64,000 nt of DNA. It comes from Chthonomonadales bacterium. GTDB lineage: Bacteria; Armatimonadota; Chthonomonadetes; Chthonomonadales; CAJBBX01. The notes beneath the pieces were generated by a model. The model did not search any database and was not told the DNA's origin. It saw only the letters and a program-made list of their open reading frames with translations. The DNA is taken from positions 22,465 to 86,464 of the forward strand of contig JBMFSQ010000015.1 of the NCBI GenBank assembly GCA_049967475.1. The letters are read 5' to 3'. Positions 44,276 to 54,863 of this stretch are shown here, piece by piece (within the stretch, counting starts at the first letter, position 1; each line of letters starts with the position of its first letter). The translations under genes were made by a program, and so were the position numbers.

Positions 44276-44908
44276 TCAGAGGCTCTTTCGCCGCCGCAAG
44301 AGATGGAAAAGGCTGGGCACATCGTGCTCCCATCGGGGCAACAAAAGTTTGATGGCGAACCCTTCTATGTTGGTGCAGATGCCGGCGACTAACGCGACCC
44401 ACACAACAACAGTATTCCCGCGATGCGTGAGGAGTGCTGCTGCGGCAAGTGCGAGCGTAAGGCCCCAGATCTTGGCCGAGTACGCATGGAACGAGGTGAG
44501 GCGCTCATAACGCACCAGATCGAAGGCGTAGTTGAAGATCATGACGCCGGCAAGGCCGGCAAGGGGCCCGCGCATTGCGTAAATCACGCCTTGATCCGAT
44601 CGCCACGCCGCCGCCGCGATCCATGCCCAGTACCAGCCATCGGCATAGGTGTCGGCAACGCGGATGCGCTCGGTAGCGATGCCCAGCCGGCGGGCTATCA
44701 CGCCGTCCAAGATATCAGAGAGGAGCCCCGCCGCAAGGAGCACGAGCAGTATGGGCCCTGCATGGCCTTGAGCGGCGATCACGTACAGGATAGGCGCCAA
44801 TAGGATGCGGAGGCCGATGAGGGCAGCGGGCGTCACACGCCAGGCAGCGGCAATCCACCGCCGATGTGCAGGCCGGCACGCAAGAAAGTTCGGCTGCTGC
44901 TGGCTCAC
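44276..44908 (-). CDS. CDP-alcohol phosphatidyltransferase family protein
   Basis: SDILDGVIARRLG...ADTYAD signature; several TM helices. Confidence 0.85.
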   Translation of the reverse strand: MSQQQPNFLACRPAHRRWIAAAWRVTPAALIGLRILLAPILYVIAAQGHAGPILLVLLAAGLLSDILDGVIARRLGIATERIRVADTYADGWYWAWIAAAAWRSDQGVIYAMRGPLAGLAGVMIFNYAFDLVRYERLTSFHAYSAKIWGLTLALAAAALLTHRGNTVVVWVALVAGICTNIEGFAIKLLLPRWEHDVPSLFHLLRRRKSL

Positions 44909-45048
44909 CCGGTCCCTCCGGCGGCAGAGGCGCGCATTGCAACGTAGCAATCTTACCTAATTGTGCCACGCTGCTCTCTTGAGAGCGATCATGCCGCCTC
45001 GGAGGTCCATGTTGCTTGTGGGGGTTCTGTGGCAACGTACCGCGCAAT

Positions 45049-46068
45049 TCAGCGGCCCGCAGAACGCCGCCAACGTGCCGGCCGCCCGTCGTCCGTCCAA
45101 GGTGCACGGGAGAACGGCAGCACTTCTACAGGCGGGGACACCTGCTCTGCGGAGGTTTCTCCCGGCTCTTTCTCCAAAACGTAGCGAAGGATGAGGACCC
45201 TGCCGAAAGAGGCGTCCCGGCGGTATTGGAATGCAGTGGCTGCCGAGAGGGCTAGGATCAAGACGGCGAGGCACGCGATACTCACGATCCATGCAAAGGG
45301 ACCCGCTAGGGCGGGCGGGATGCGGCCATTGTGGATCCATAGAAGGGTTAGGGATGCGGCGGTGAATAGGAGGGCCGGCCCAAGGGGCCTTGCTATCATG
45401 GTTCCCGCGTGACGATGGATTTCTTGTATCTCTGCGGCGCTCAAATCTCGCATGCCGGAGCGGGCGCGGTTGCCCAGGCCCATCTCGCCCGCTTGTACCC
45501 ATTCTGCGGCTAAGGCGGCGAAGGCAGGCACCTCCGCCAGGCGAACGATCGGTGATAGGAACCAGCCTTTGGGTGCTTGGCCGTTCACGCGCCACACAAA
45601 GGTGGAGTGTGGGAGCACCTCGATCGTCTGCGCATCTTCTGATGCAGGCGTCAGGAGGTTCTGCCGGGTCAGAATGCGCAGCAACCGTTCTGTGGCGATG
45701 TCCGCGGCGGGCCCTTGAAAGAGGTGGGCGATGCCGCAGGCAGCATCACGGTGCAGCTGCGCAGCTCGGATGATGCTGGTTCTTGCTGCAGCCATGCCCG
45801 CAGCGAGGGCCACAGTCCACGACACGATGATGAGGGTCCCGGGTATGGTGCCTGAAGCCGGCGCCGGTACGAGCAGGAACAGCACGAAGGGAGCCGCGAG
45901 GCCGAGGAACACTGCGGCTAATGCTCCACCGCCTTGCGCTGCAAAGAGGAACGCACGCCGGCGCAGGCACGCGCACTCGTCCGGAGTGAGGTTGCGCGTG
46001 CCGGCGATCTTGAGACCGGAGGACCAAAGGGCTGTGTCTTGGGCAGCGGCAGGTTGGGTGGTGCTCAT
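45049..46068 (-). CDS. Hypothetical membrane protein with an internal two-fold repeat
   Basis: Two TM pairs; repeated RxLxxxE...RDA..G...EVLPxS...W units. Confidence 0.65.
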   Translation of the reverse strand: MSTTQPAAAQDTALWSSGLKIAGTRNLTPDECACLRRRAFLFAAQGGGALAAVFLGLAAPFVLFLLVPAPASGTIPGTLIIVSWTVALAAGMAAARTSIIRAAQLHRDAACGIAHLFQGPAADIATERLLRILTRQNLLTPASEDAQTIEVLPHSTFVWRVNGQAPKGWFLSPIVRLAEVPAFAALAAEWVQAGEMGLGNRARSGMRDLSAAEIQEIHRHAGTMIARPLGPALLFTAASLTLLWIHNGRIPPALAGPFAWIVSIACLAVLILALSAATAFQYRRDASFGRVLILRYVLEKEPGETSAEQVSPPVEVLPFSRAPWTDDGRPARWRRSAGR

Positions 46069-46137
46069 TCTCGTGAACGCCCTAGGGGGCATTGCGCGCA
46101 CCCTCGGCTGCAGCGAACCTTGAACCGGCTCTGTGCT

Positions 46138-46890
46138 CTAGCGAGGCAGATGTTCACAATTCCTGGGTTCGTTTTGCATCAACTCGGCTAAGCGCAACGC
46201 ATTGGCCGGGGCATGGCCCTCGTCGGTATTGTCGAAGAACACTTGAACGGAATGGGCGTGCTCGAGCCACGCGCGCAAACGGTCCGCCCAAGATCGAAGC
46301 TCTTCTTCGGTGTAAGGGGATCGGTAGGTGCGCTCGTGACCGTGGAGGCGCACATAGACAAGGTCTGCAGTCACGGCGGGCCACATGGGCCAGTCGGCAG
46401 CGTCGGAAATGCAGTTGGCCACAAGCGCCTGGGTCAGGAGATGGGCGGTTTGCGGTGTGAACCAACTAGGGTGGCGGAATTCGATAACATGGCGGGCTTC
46501 GGGCCACGACGCCAAGTCTCCCACGAAAGACGCGAGGCGCTCCAGGTCTTGCTGAAAGCTGCGGGGAAGCTGCCAAACGACTGCCGAGAGCTTGGGCCCC
46601 AACGGCTTGGCCCGCTCTTTCAGGTCCAACAACACGTCGCGCACGTCTCGGAGGCGGCGCACGTGCGTAACCAGGCGGCTCCCTTTGAGGGCGAAATGGA
46701 ATTGGGGATGCGTTTGGCGGGCCCAACTCTCGAAGGTGGAAGCGCGCACGGCGTGGTAGAAGGTGCTGTTCACCTCGACGCCGTTGAAGATGCGGCTATA
46801 GTGTTGAATCCACTGGTTGCGGGGTACCCCGGCGAAGAAGCTGTGAGCCCAATTGCCGTAGGTCCATCCACTGGTTCCGATGATGAGCAT
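46138..46890 (-). CDS. DUF72 family protein
   Basis: IGTSGWTY, VEVNSTFY, WQLP, IEFRH and YVRLHG motifs. Confidence 0.95.
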   Translation of the reverse strand: MLIIGTSGWTYGNWAHSFFAGVPRNQWIQHYSRIFNGVEVNSTFYHAVRASTFESWARQTHPQFHFALKGSRLVTHVRRLRDVRDVLLDLKERAKPLGPKLSAVVWQLPRSFQQDLERLASFVGDLASWPEARHVIEFRHPSWFTPQTAHLLTQALVANCISDAADWPMWPAVTADLVYVRLHGHERTYRSPYTEEELRSWADRLRAWLEHAHSVQVFFDNTDEGHAPANALRLAELMQNEPRNCEHLPR

Positions 46891-46900
46891 ACCGTCCAAA

Positions 46901-48433
46901 CTAGATCCACATTTTGCGATCGAGTGTTCGGTACTGGATGGCTTCGGCTACGTGTCGCGCTGCGATGGCCTCTTCGTCGTCCAGGTCGGCGATGGTGCGG
47001 GCCACTTTCAGGATGCGATCGAAGGCGCGAGCCGAAAGCCCCAATTGCTGGATTGCGCTGCGCAAGAGTGCGCGAGTGTCTTCATTCACCGGGCAGAATT
47101 CCCGGATCTCACGGGAACCCATTTGGGCATTGGTGAAGATGCGGCGTCCATGGAAGCGGCCCAGTTGCCGCTCGCGGGCTGCACAAACGCGCGAGCGAAT
47201 GGCGGCAGAGCTCTCCGATGCAGGATGGGATATGAGCTCATCCTCCCGGATGCGCGGAACATCTACGTGCAGGTCTATACGATCCAGCAGAGGCCCGCTT
47301 ACTCTTTGTTGGTATTTGCGGACCATTGTGGGTGTACAAGTGCATTGGCGGAAATTGTCGCCGAAATACCCGCAGAAGCAGGGGTTCATACTGGCAACGA
47401 GGATGAAGTTCGCCGGAAACACCAGGGAAGCCTGCACGCGGGACACACTCACCGTGCCGTCTTCCAAGGGTTGACGGAGCACTTCCAGAACATCGCGCTT
47501 GAACTCGGGGAGTTCGTCCAGAAAGAGAACGCCGTGGTGGGCCAGGCTCACTTCTCCCGGTCTGGGTATGGAACCGCCTCCCACGAGGGCGGAATTTGAG
47601 ATGGTGTGGTGCGGCGCCCGGAAGGGGCGCGTGGTGACCAGGGCGGAATTCGGCGGCAGGAGGCCGCAGACGCTGTAGATGCGGGTGGTTTCCAGAGCTT
47701 CGTCCACGCTGAAAGGAGGCAGAATGGTTGGGAGCCTGCGCGCAAGCATCGTCTTGCCGGACCCAGGGGGGCCGATGAGGAGAACGTTGTGCCCACCCGC
47801 TGCGGCCACTTCCAAGGCACGTTTGGCGTTGGCCTGTCCCTTTACGTCGCTGAAATCCACAGGATAGGCAGGGTGGTCCGGCAGGAAGGCTGCGGGATCC
47901 TGGGTGATGGGTTTCACCTTTTCGGGGAAGTTGAGGGCGTCGGCCACTTCCGCCAGGGTGGACACAGGCATAACTTCGACGCCCCCAATGATGGCAGCCT
48001 CCTGCGTGTTGGGTTTGGGCACGATGAGGCGGCGGACTTTCTGCGCCTTCGCGCATGCAGCAATGGGGAGGACGCCTGCAACAGGGCGCACCCCTCCATC
48101 CAAAGAGAGTTCCCCAACAATAACGGCTTCCGCAAGGCTTTCCTCCCGCACCTGACCTGATGCCGCCAGGATACCGACGGCGATGGGAAGGTCGAAGCTG
48201 GGCCCCTCTTTCTTAATATCCGCGGGAGCCAGGTTCACCGTAATGCGCCGCTGGGGGAATTCGAAGCCCGAATTGCGGATGGCGGATCGCACGCGCTCCC
48301 GGCTCTCTTGGACGGCGGTGTCGGGCAAGCCCACGAGGTTCCACATGGGGACGGCGGGGGAAATATCCACCTCAACAGTGAGGGGAATGGCATCAATCCC
48401 TACAACGGCGCTGGAGAGAACGTGCGCCAGCAT
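46901..48433 (-). CDS. comM: YifB/ComM family AAA+ ATPase
   Basis: VGLPD..ESRERV, NLAPAD, GPPGSGKT, RAPHHT, PGEVSLAH and SGPLLDRID motifs. Confidence 0.95.
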   Translation of the reverse strand: MLAHVLSSAVVGIDAIPLTVEVDISPAVPMWNLVGLPDTAVQESRERVRSAIRNSGFEFPQRRITVNLAPADIKKEGPSFDLPIAVGILAASGQVREESLAEAVIVGELSLDGGVRPVAGVLPIAACAKAQKVRRLIVPKPNTQEAAIIGGVEVMPVSTLAEVADALNFPEKVKPITQDPAAFLPDHPAYPVDFSDVKGQANAKRALEVAAAGGHNVLLIGPPGSGKTMLARRLPTILPPFSVDEALETTRIYSVCGLLPPNSALVTTRPFRAPHHTISNSALVGGGSIPRPGEVSLAHHGVLFLDELPEFKRDVLEVLRQPLEDGTVSVSRVQASLVFPANFILVASMNPCFCGYFGDNFRQCTCTPTMVRKYQQRVSGPLLDRIDLHVDVPRIREDELISHPASESSAAIRSRVCAARERQLGRFHGRRIFTNAQMGSREIREFCPVNEDTRALLRSAIQQLGLSARAFDRILKVARTIADLDDEEAIAARHVAEAIQYRTLDRKMWI

Positions 48434-48505
48434 CTTTACTGATCCCCCAGGGATGTGTCGCGCAAGAAAATTCGTGACGAGAATGCGATTTCCTGCCGGC
48501 CGGCT

Positions 48506-49321
48506 CTAATCCGGGTACCAAGTGACACCGGCGAGGGCATCCGCCGCTGCATCTCCACAGGCGATGGGGTTCCCGTGGAAGCTCGGGATCTTCTCTCGGG
48601 GATCGGCGCACCATTTGGACCAATCCGCGGCATTGGCTGGGGCGGCAACAGGAAGGCTGCCGATATGGCCCGCGCGCCAAGGAAGGCTCTTGGCATGGCC
48701 GTCCGCATAGGCCATGTTGAAGCGGCCTCCGTGGCGCAGCTCGCTGGTGCGTCGGATGTGATCGGTCGAGAGAATGAAGGAGAGGCTGAGCGAGTAAGCG
48801 GGAGCATCATGGGTGTCGCCGAATACGAATACGTCAGCAGGTTGGGTTAGGCGGGCCAGGCTGGAACCAGGCAAAACGAGGGTGCTGCCGCTCCACACGG
48901 AGGGCGAATAGAGACCCCCGCCCACGTTGACAGGGCCGAAATTGTAGCCAAGTCCGATGCACCGGTCACTCTTGGTAGCTTGGAAGGCGAGGCCGTAGCC
49001 GCATCCCGTGTCGGTCCGATCGGGGCAGTAGAAGATGTCGGTGGATTTGACGTACGGCTGGATTACGCGGTAGGCTTCGTTCATCTCCAGGGTGCTGCCC
49101 TGTGGGGTTTCCCAGTAGGAGGGGAACGTATCGTCGTAATCCTGAACGTACATGGTGAGGCCCAGGACGGCCTGCTTGCAATTGCTGAGGCACTGCGTCC
49201 TACGGGCGCTTTCTCGAGCCTGGGCGAAGACGGGGAACATGACGGCAGCCAGGATTGCGACAATCGCAATGACTACCAGAAGCTCAATGAGGGTAAAGCC
49301 CCACGACGCACGACGGACCAA
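48506..49321 (-). CDS. Prepilin-type N-terminal cleavage / DUF1559 protein with H-X9-DG motif
   Basis: [47 protein letters not shown] aggagg before TTG. Confidence 0.92.
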   Translation of the reverse strand: MVRRASWGFTLIELLVVIAIVAILAAVMFPVFAQARESARRTQCLSNCKQAVLGLTMYVQDYDDTFPSYWETPQGSTLEMNEAYRVIQPYVKSTDIFYCPDRTDTGCGYGLAFQATKSDRCIGLGYNFGPVNVGGGLYSPSVWSGSTLVLPGSSLARLTQPADVFVFGDTHDAPAYSLSLSFILSTDHIRRTSELRHGGRFNMAYADGHAKSLPWRAGHIGSLPVAAPANAADWSKWCADPREKIPSFHGNPIACGDAAADALAGVTWYPD

Positions 49322-49537
49322 CTCAACCTCCTTCGGCCACCAGGACCGGTACAGGAACCGGCAGCACGCGGCGCCGCCGGGTACAACCGCATTCCGCAAA
49401 GTATACCATACTCCTGGCGTTTTCGGGCGGGCAATATTACGGGTGCGCGGGGCTGGAGCAGCAATGATGCAGGGGGCCGCCGCTCACCGTTCCTTGGGGC
49501 CGAGGGATCGAAGTTCGAGAGCTGAAGAGGGGAGAAG

Positions 49538-50008
49538 GTGTTTCCAGTCGTTGAGTGGAGCGATCTGGGAGTGACGGCGACGTTCGACGCTCAGGGCGAG
49601 CGCGCCGGAGAGGCCGCAGCGGCAGTGGTTGTGTTCGCCCGGCATTCCGAGGGTTTTGTGCTGGCGGAGATCCCTGGGAGGGGCTGGTGCACGCCGAGCG
49701 GCCACATCAATCCCGGCGAAACGGATCTGGATGCCGCCCGCAGAGAGACGCGCGAGGAGATCGGGGCAGAGTTGGAGGATTTACGGCCTATCGGGCATTT
49801 CATCCTGCAGGACGGTTCTGGCGGGCGCAGTGACGCTCCAGCATTCGTAGGCCGTGTGTCCGCGTTTGGGCACCTGCCGCCGGGGAGTGAAGCGCGCGGC
49901 GTGAGGGTGGTTGCGCTCTGCGATCTGCCGCGCGTTTACTACCGCTGGGACGAACTTCTGGAGAGGGTGTTTGCCTTTGCGGAACAGTGCCTGGCTGCGG
50001 CACCGTAA
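49538..50008 (+). CDS. NUDIX hydrolase
   Basis: GHINPGETDLDAARRETREEIG Nudix box. Confidence 0.92.
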   Translation: MFPVVEWSDLGVTATFDAQGERAGEAAAAVVVFARHSEGFVLAEIPGRGWCTPSGHINPGETDLDAARRETREEIGAELEDLRPIGHFILQDGSGGRSDAPAFVGRVSAFGHLPPGSEARGVRVVALCDLPRVYYRWDELLERVFAFAEQCLAAAP

Positions 50009-50080
50009 CAGGAACGGCCTATTCCGTTGCCCCAGGGCTTTTGCCTTCGGGACACCTGCTTGCATGGACTGCACTGTGCA

Positions 50081-51034
50081 ATGATCTGCGTTGAACACCT
50101 CACCAAGCGGTACGGCGCCGTTACGGCGGTAGACGATGTGACGTTCCAGGCCCAGAAGGGAGAGATCTTGGGCTTCCTTGGGCCCAACGGAGCCGGCAAG
50201 ACCACGACCATGCGCATCCTGGCGGGATGCCTGGCAGCGACGGAGGGCTCGGCGTCCATCGCAGGATACGACACCTTCGAGGCGTCTCTGGAAGCGCGGC
50301 GCAATCTCGGGTACCTGCCTGAGCAGATCCCCCTGTACTCCGAGATGACGGTGTGGGAATACCTCACCTTCGCGGCGGAACTGCGGTCGGTGCGCGGGCA
50401 AGAACTGCGCCGACGTATGGACCATGTGCTTCCCCGATGCGGCCTTACGGATGTACGGTACAAGACGATCGGCCGCCTTTCGCGAGGGTACCGGCAGCGC
50501 CTCGGGCTGGCCCAAGCGCTCATCCATAATCCTCCGGTGCTGATCTTGGACGAACCCACGGTGGGGCTGGATCCGCGGCAGATCGTAGAGGTGCGCAGCT
50601 TGATCAAGAGCCTGGCCCCGGACCATACCGTGCTCCTTTCCACGCACATACTGCCCGAAGTAAGCATGGTTTGCAGCCGGGTCGTGATCATTGACCGCGG
50701 CAAAGTGGTGGCGGAGGACACCCCGCAGAACCTGACTTCATTCAACCGGGGCACAGCCTTTGTGGTGGAAGTTGAAGGGCCTGCGCGGCAAGTAACCTCC
50801 GTGCTTCAGAATGCGCCCGGGGTGGCCCGCGTGGACCTGCTCGAGACGAGGGGCAGCATCAGTCGGCATCGCATCCAGTGCCATGCCGATGATGGCGGAG
50901 GGAGCGCAGATGCTCGCAAAGGGGTAGCGGAAGCCGTGGTGCGCAGCGGTTTCGGATTGCTGGAGCTTCAGCCCGAGCGCGTGACCCTGGAGGATGTGTT
51001 TGTGCGCCTCACGACAACGGAGGCTGCCGCATGA
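50081..51034 (+). CDS. ABC transporter ATP-binding protein (GldA-like)
   Basis: GPNGAGKTT, LSRGYRQR and LDEPTVGLDP motifs. Confidence 0.93.
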   Translation: MICVEHLTKRYGAVTAVDDVTFQAQKGEILGFLGPNGAGKTTTMRILAGCLAATEGSASIAGYDTFEASLEARRNLGYLPEQIPLYSEMTVWEYLTFAAELRSVRGQELRRRMDHVLPRCGLTDVRYKTIGRLSRGYRQRLGLAQALIHNPPVLILDEPTVGLDPRQIVEVRSLIKSLAPDHTVLLSTHILPEVSMVCSRVVIIDRGKVVAEDTPQNLTSFNRGTAFVVEVEGPARQVTSVLQNAPGVARVDLLETRGSISRHRIQCHADDGGGSADARKGVAEAVVRSGFGLLELQPERVTLEDVFVRLTTTEAAA

Positions 51035-51813
51035 GGGGCACCTTCGTGGTCTTCCGCCGTGAGATGCGTTCCTATTTCGTGTCCCCGGCTGCATATGCAG
51101 TGCTGGCTGCCTTGCTGGCTCTTGCCGGCTGGTATTTCTACCAGCTCACCGTAGAATTTGTGCTGTTTGCCCAGAGTGCAACAGAACAAGCCATGATGTT
51201 TCAGCAGGCGCCGCCTATCCTCAATGTGAACCTGCTCGTAGTGCGGCCGTGGTTCAACATCGTGAGCCAACTTCTGCTCTTCGTCGCGCCGATTATCACG
51301 ATGAAGCTGCTCGCGGAGGAAAGGGGCACGGGCAGGCTGGATCTTTTGATGAGCGCGCCGATCACCGAGATGCAGCTTATTCTCGGCAAATTGCTGGCGG
51401 GCACCGCCTTATTGGTTTTGTTCCTGGTGCCCACGGTGTTCTACCAGGCGGCGTTGTTCGCCTATGGCAACCCGGAATTAGGGCAGATCCTCACGGGGTA
51501 CGCCGGGTTGGTTCTCCACACCGCGGCACTGATCTGCCTCGGGCTGGCAATCTCTTCGCTTACGAGCAGCCAGGTTGTGGCGGCTGTGGCGGGTTTCGGC
51601 GTGTCCATTGCGTTCTGGGTCATCGGTCCTCGCACCACCGCAGACACTTCCTTTTGGAACTCGCTCTTATCCAACGTGTCGCTCCTTCGGCACTTTGTGA
51701 ACTTTTCGAGCGGCGTAATCGAGATGCGGGATTTGGTCTTCTACGCAACGTTTCTGATATTCGTGGTCTTTATTACCCACAGGTCCGTGGAGTCTCAGCG
51801 ATGGAGGGGATGA
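51031..51813 (+). CDS. ABC-2 permease (GldF-like)
   Basis: REMRSYFVSP and AEERGTG..LL motifs; six TM helices. Confidence 0.9.
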   Translation: MRGTFVVFRREMRSYFVSPAAYAVLAALLALAGWYFYQLTVEFVLFAQSATEQAMMFQQAPPILNVNLLVVRPWFNIVSQLLLFVAPIITMKLLAEERGTGRLDLLMSAPITEMQLILGKLLAGTALLVLFLVPTVFYQAALFAYGNPELGQILTGYAGLVLHTAALICLGLAISSLTSSQVVAAVAGFGVSIAFWVIGPRTTADTSFWNSLLSNVSLLRHFVNFSSGVIEMRDLVFYATFLIFVVFITHRSVESQRWRG

Positions 51814-53375
51814 GCGCGAACCCGCGGGTGGCTACGCTGTGGCTTTGGGCAGCCGGTGCGGGCCTCATTTTGGGTAGCCTGGTTCGGTGGTCCGTATACG
51901 CTGTTTGGGATGTTCTGTGCACCGTTTTGTTTTGTGCGGGCGCAGCCGGTGTCGTTGGATGGATGGCGGCTCGGCGCACGGTGCTTGTCAAGTCTGCACG
52001 GGCGCGCGGGGTCCGCTTCGGCACTCAGACGGCGGTGAGCGCAGTTCTGCTTGCTGCGATCCTCAGCGGGGTCAACTTTGTTGCATCCCGGCACAACATC
52101 CGGTGGGATTTCACGCAAGAGCACCTTTTTACGCTTTCGCCGCAAACGCGCAAGGTTCTTCACAGCCTGCCCGTGCGCGTGCGCCTGATGGCATTCTTTC
52201 CGTCCAGCAGACGCGCGCAGGCAGCGGATCTGTTGCGCCGGTATGCCGACGAAAGCCCGCTCCTCCAGTATCAGATGATTGATCCCGACGAGGACCCCGA
52301 AGCCGCCAAGAAATACGGAGTTACGCAATACGGATCGGTTGTGGTGGAAGCTCTTGGGGAGGCATCTGGGAGGACCCGCAAGCCGCTCATCGTGGAGGCG
52401 GAGAGTACGGGCGGCCGGAACCTCACCCTCTCGGAAGAGAAGCTTACGAACGCGCTGGTGAAGGTCACGCGTACAGGCGAGCGGGTACTCTACTTTCTCC
52501 AAGGGCATGGAGAAGGGGATCCGGACAGTACGGAGCTCAACGGCTACTCGCGGGTAAAGCAAGCCCTGGAGGATCAGGGATACACGGTCAAGCCGCTCCT
52601 TCTGGCCAGGGTCAGGAAAGTGCCGGAGGACTGCGCCGCGCTCATCATCGCGGGGCCTTCTCAGGAGCTGCTTCCTGCGGAGACTGCCGTTGTTCAGGGG
52701 TACTTGCAGCGGGCAGGAAGGCTGTTGGTTCTGGTAGATCCCCCGCCGGCTGCTTCGTTGGCAACTTTGTTGGGCAAGTGGGCCATACGGCCTCTGGCGC
52801 AACAGATCCTGGATCCCAGCGCAGGCGCCAGGATGTACGGCGCGCGGCCGGAGATGCCTCTCGTAACGGAATACGACGCCCGCCAGCCTATTACGCGGGA
52901 CTTTCGGCTGCCTACCATTTTCCCTTTGGTACGGCCTGTGGTTCCCATGGACCAGCCGGGAGATGCCTCCGTTCTTCCGCTGGCTCAGACATCTGCAAGC
53001 AGTGTCGCCATCGCGCGCGGAGGGGATCGCAAAGCCTCGGGCGTTGTGCGCACGCGTCGCGGTCCATTCGTAATCGCAGTGACTTCCACGCGGCAAACGC
53101 GAGACGGCCGAGAGGCAAGGGTAGTGGCAATAGGAAGTTCCAATTTCGTGAGCAATTCCTTCTTCGACAAGGCGGGCAACGGAGATTTCTTTCTCAATTG
53201 CGTCAATTGGCTGGCCGAGCAGGAAGCACTCATTTCGATCCGGCCGCGGACCCTGCAGGACCATCGCGTGTCTCTTACGGACGAGCAAGCGCGTTGGCTG
53301 CGGGTTTGGTTTGTGTTCGTGATGCCGGCCGGAGCCATAGCAGCAGGGGCCATCGTACTATGGCGGCGAAGGTAA
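51810..53375 (+). CDS. GldG-family ABC accessory protein
   Basis: DFT...FTLS, YFLQGHGE and GNGDFFLNCVNWL motifs; C-terminal TM ending WRRR; ATGA overlap. Confidence 0.9.
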   Translation: MSANPRVATLWLWAAGAGLILGSLVRWSVYAVWDVLCTVLFCAGAAGVVGWMAARRTVLVKSARARGVRFGTQTAVSAVLLAAILSGVNFVASRHNIRWDFTQEHLFTLSPQTRKVLHSLPVRVRLMAFFPSSRRAQAADLLRRYADESPLLQYQMIDPDEDPEAAKKYGVTQYGSVVVEALGEASGRTRKPLIVEAESTGGRNLTLSEEKLTNALVKVTRTGERVLYFLQGHGEGDPDSTELNGYSRVKQALEDQGYTVKPLLLARVRKVPEDCAALIIAGPSQELLPAETAVVQGYLQRAGRLLVLVDPPPAASLATLLGKWAIRPLAQQILDPSAGARMYGARPEMPLVTEYDARQPITRDFRLPTIFPLVRPVVPMDQPGDASVLPLAQTSASSVAIARGGDRKASGVVRTRRGPFVIAVTSTRQTRDGREARVVAIGSSNFVSNSFFDKAGNGDFFLNCVNWLAEQEALISIRPRTLQDHRVSLTDEQARWLRVWFVFVMPAGAIAAGAIVLWRRR

Positions 53376-53403
53376 TCACCGTTTGAGTGAGGGATCGGGG
53401 AAT

Positions 53404-54849
53404 ATGCCTTCGATGCGGCGCGAGCGGCGCATAGCTTCCACCACCGGAGTTCTGGCGCTGCTCGCTCTGGCTATCGGTTGCTACGTGTTCTTCGGAGAGA
53501 TTTTGGAAGGGGCGTCACGCCGTAAAGCTCAGGAAGCCGCCCTTCGCGTGGCGCCTCTGCCCCCCAACGCAGTGTCTTCCGTGGTGTTGGCGCGACCGGG
53601 AGGCCGCATCCGGTGCGTGCGGGAAGCCGGCCGCTGGATGATTGTGGAACCCGTCCACACGCAGGGCGACGAAGTCGCCATCACCAAACTCGTCAAGGAC
53701 CTGACCACGGCCCGTATCCACCGGAAGGTGAATTTGGATGCCGGCGGCTTCAAGCAAGCAGGTCTGGAGCATCCGGTCCGCATCACCTTGGGCACGCCTG
53801 CGAGGGAGTTGACGGTGTTCCTTGGGAGCACCAGTCCTACCGGGGATTACACCTATGTGGGAATGGGGCCGGAAGGACGACGGGTGGTGCTGGCAGACAG
53901 GAAGCTTTCCGATGATGCGAAGCTGAGCCTATATGATCTTCGCGACAAAGATGCCGTTTCCTTCGATCCGGCACAAGTGACTTCCCTCCGCCTGCGGGCA
54001 GGGGGCCGCCTTGTGCGGCTTATACGCTCCGGTGCAGCAGGCTCGGAGTGGCGCGTTGCGCAGGGCACCGACGGGCGCGGCGTCGTTGCAGACCGCGGAT
54101 TGGTGGAGCGCACACTGGACCTCGTGTCCGATGTGCGGGCTGAGCGGTTTGCTTCGGAGGACCAGGCCGATCTCCGTCGTTACGGGCTTCGCCCGGCCGT
54201 TGCGGAAGTTACCTTCGAATTCGGCAACCGCAGGGACACGATCGCCATTGGAAAGGCAACGGTGTTCGGCGCTCTGACGCGGTATTACGCCTGCAGGCCG
54301 GGCAAAGGACCGGTGTTCGAGATCAACGACAATCTTTTGAGAATGGCCAAACGGTCGTTGGCGGAGTGGAGGGACAAGCATGTGGCCGACTTTGACAAGA
54401 GCGCTGTGACGGAGGTGCGCCTCTTGACGCCGGCCCACACGCTGGTGTTGGTGAAGGACACAGCCTCCAGCGAGGAGACCTGGCACCTCGCCCAGTACAT
54501 CGGGAAGGTGGACGAGAATATGGGGCTGGCTGCAGCGGCCAAGATGCCCACGGCCCAGCGCGCTGATGCCGATCGGGTAGAGGAGATCTTGAGCCGCCTG
54601 AGCGCTCTGCAGGTGACGGCGTTTGTGCCGGGGCGGGCGAAAACGGATCCGTCGCTTGGTTTGGATCATCCTTCGCTCAAGGTGACCGCGATGGATGCCT
54701 CGGGCAGACTGCTGGCCTCCGTGTCTTTCGGGAAGCAGAAGGGCCCCTATCTTTACGCTGCCAGCACGCACCTGGATCAGGTGTTCCTAGTGAAGGCGCT
54801 GGACACGGATCGGTTTCGAGCGGGCGTCAATGACGTAGCAGCGCGGTAG
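53404..54849 (+). CDS. DUF4340 domain protein
   Basis: N-terminal anchor; repeated YGL..P / LRDK units; usual position after GldG. Confidence 0.82.
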   Translation: MPSMRRERRIASTTGVLALLALAIGCYVFFGEILEGASRRKAQEAALRVAPLPPNAVSSVVLARPGGRIRCVREAGRWMIVEPVHTQGDEVAITKLVKDLTTARIHRKVNLDAGGFKQAGLEHPVRITLGTPARELTVFLGSTSPTGDYTYVGMGPEGRRVVLADRKLSDDAKLSLYDLRDKDAVSFDPAQVTSLRLRAGGRLVRLIRSGAAGSEWRVAQGTDGRGVVADRGLVERTLDLVSDVRAERFASEDQADLRRYGLRPAVAEVTFEFGNRRDTIAIGKATVFGALTRYYACRPGKGPVFEINDNLLRMAKRSLAEWRDKHVADFDKSAVTEVRLLTPAHTLVLVKDTASSEETWHLAQYIGKVDENMGLAAAAKMPTAQRADADRVEEILSRLSALQVTAFVPGRAKTDPSLGLDHPSLKVTAMDASGRLLASVSFGKQKGPYLYAASTHLDQVFLVKALDTDRFRAGVNDVAAR

Positions 54850-54863
54850 CGGCGTGCGGCACG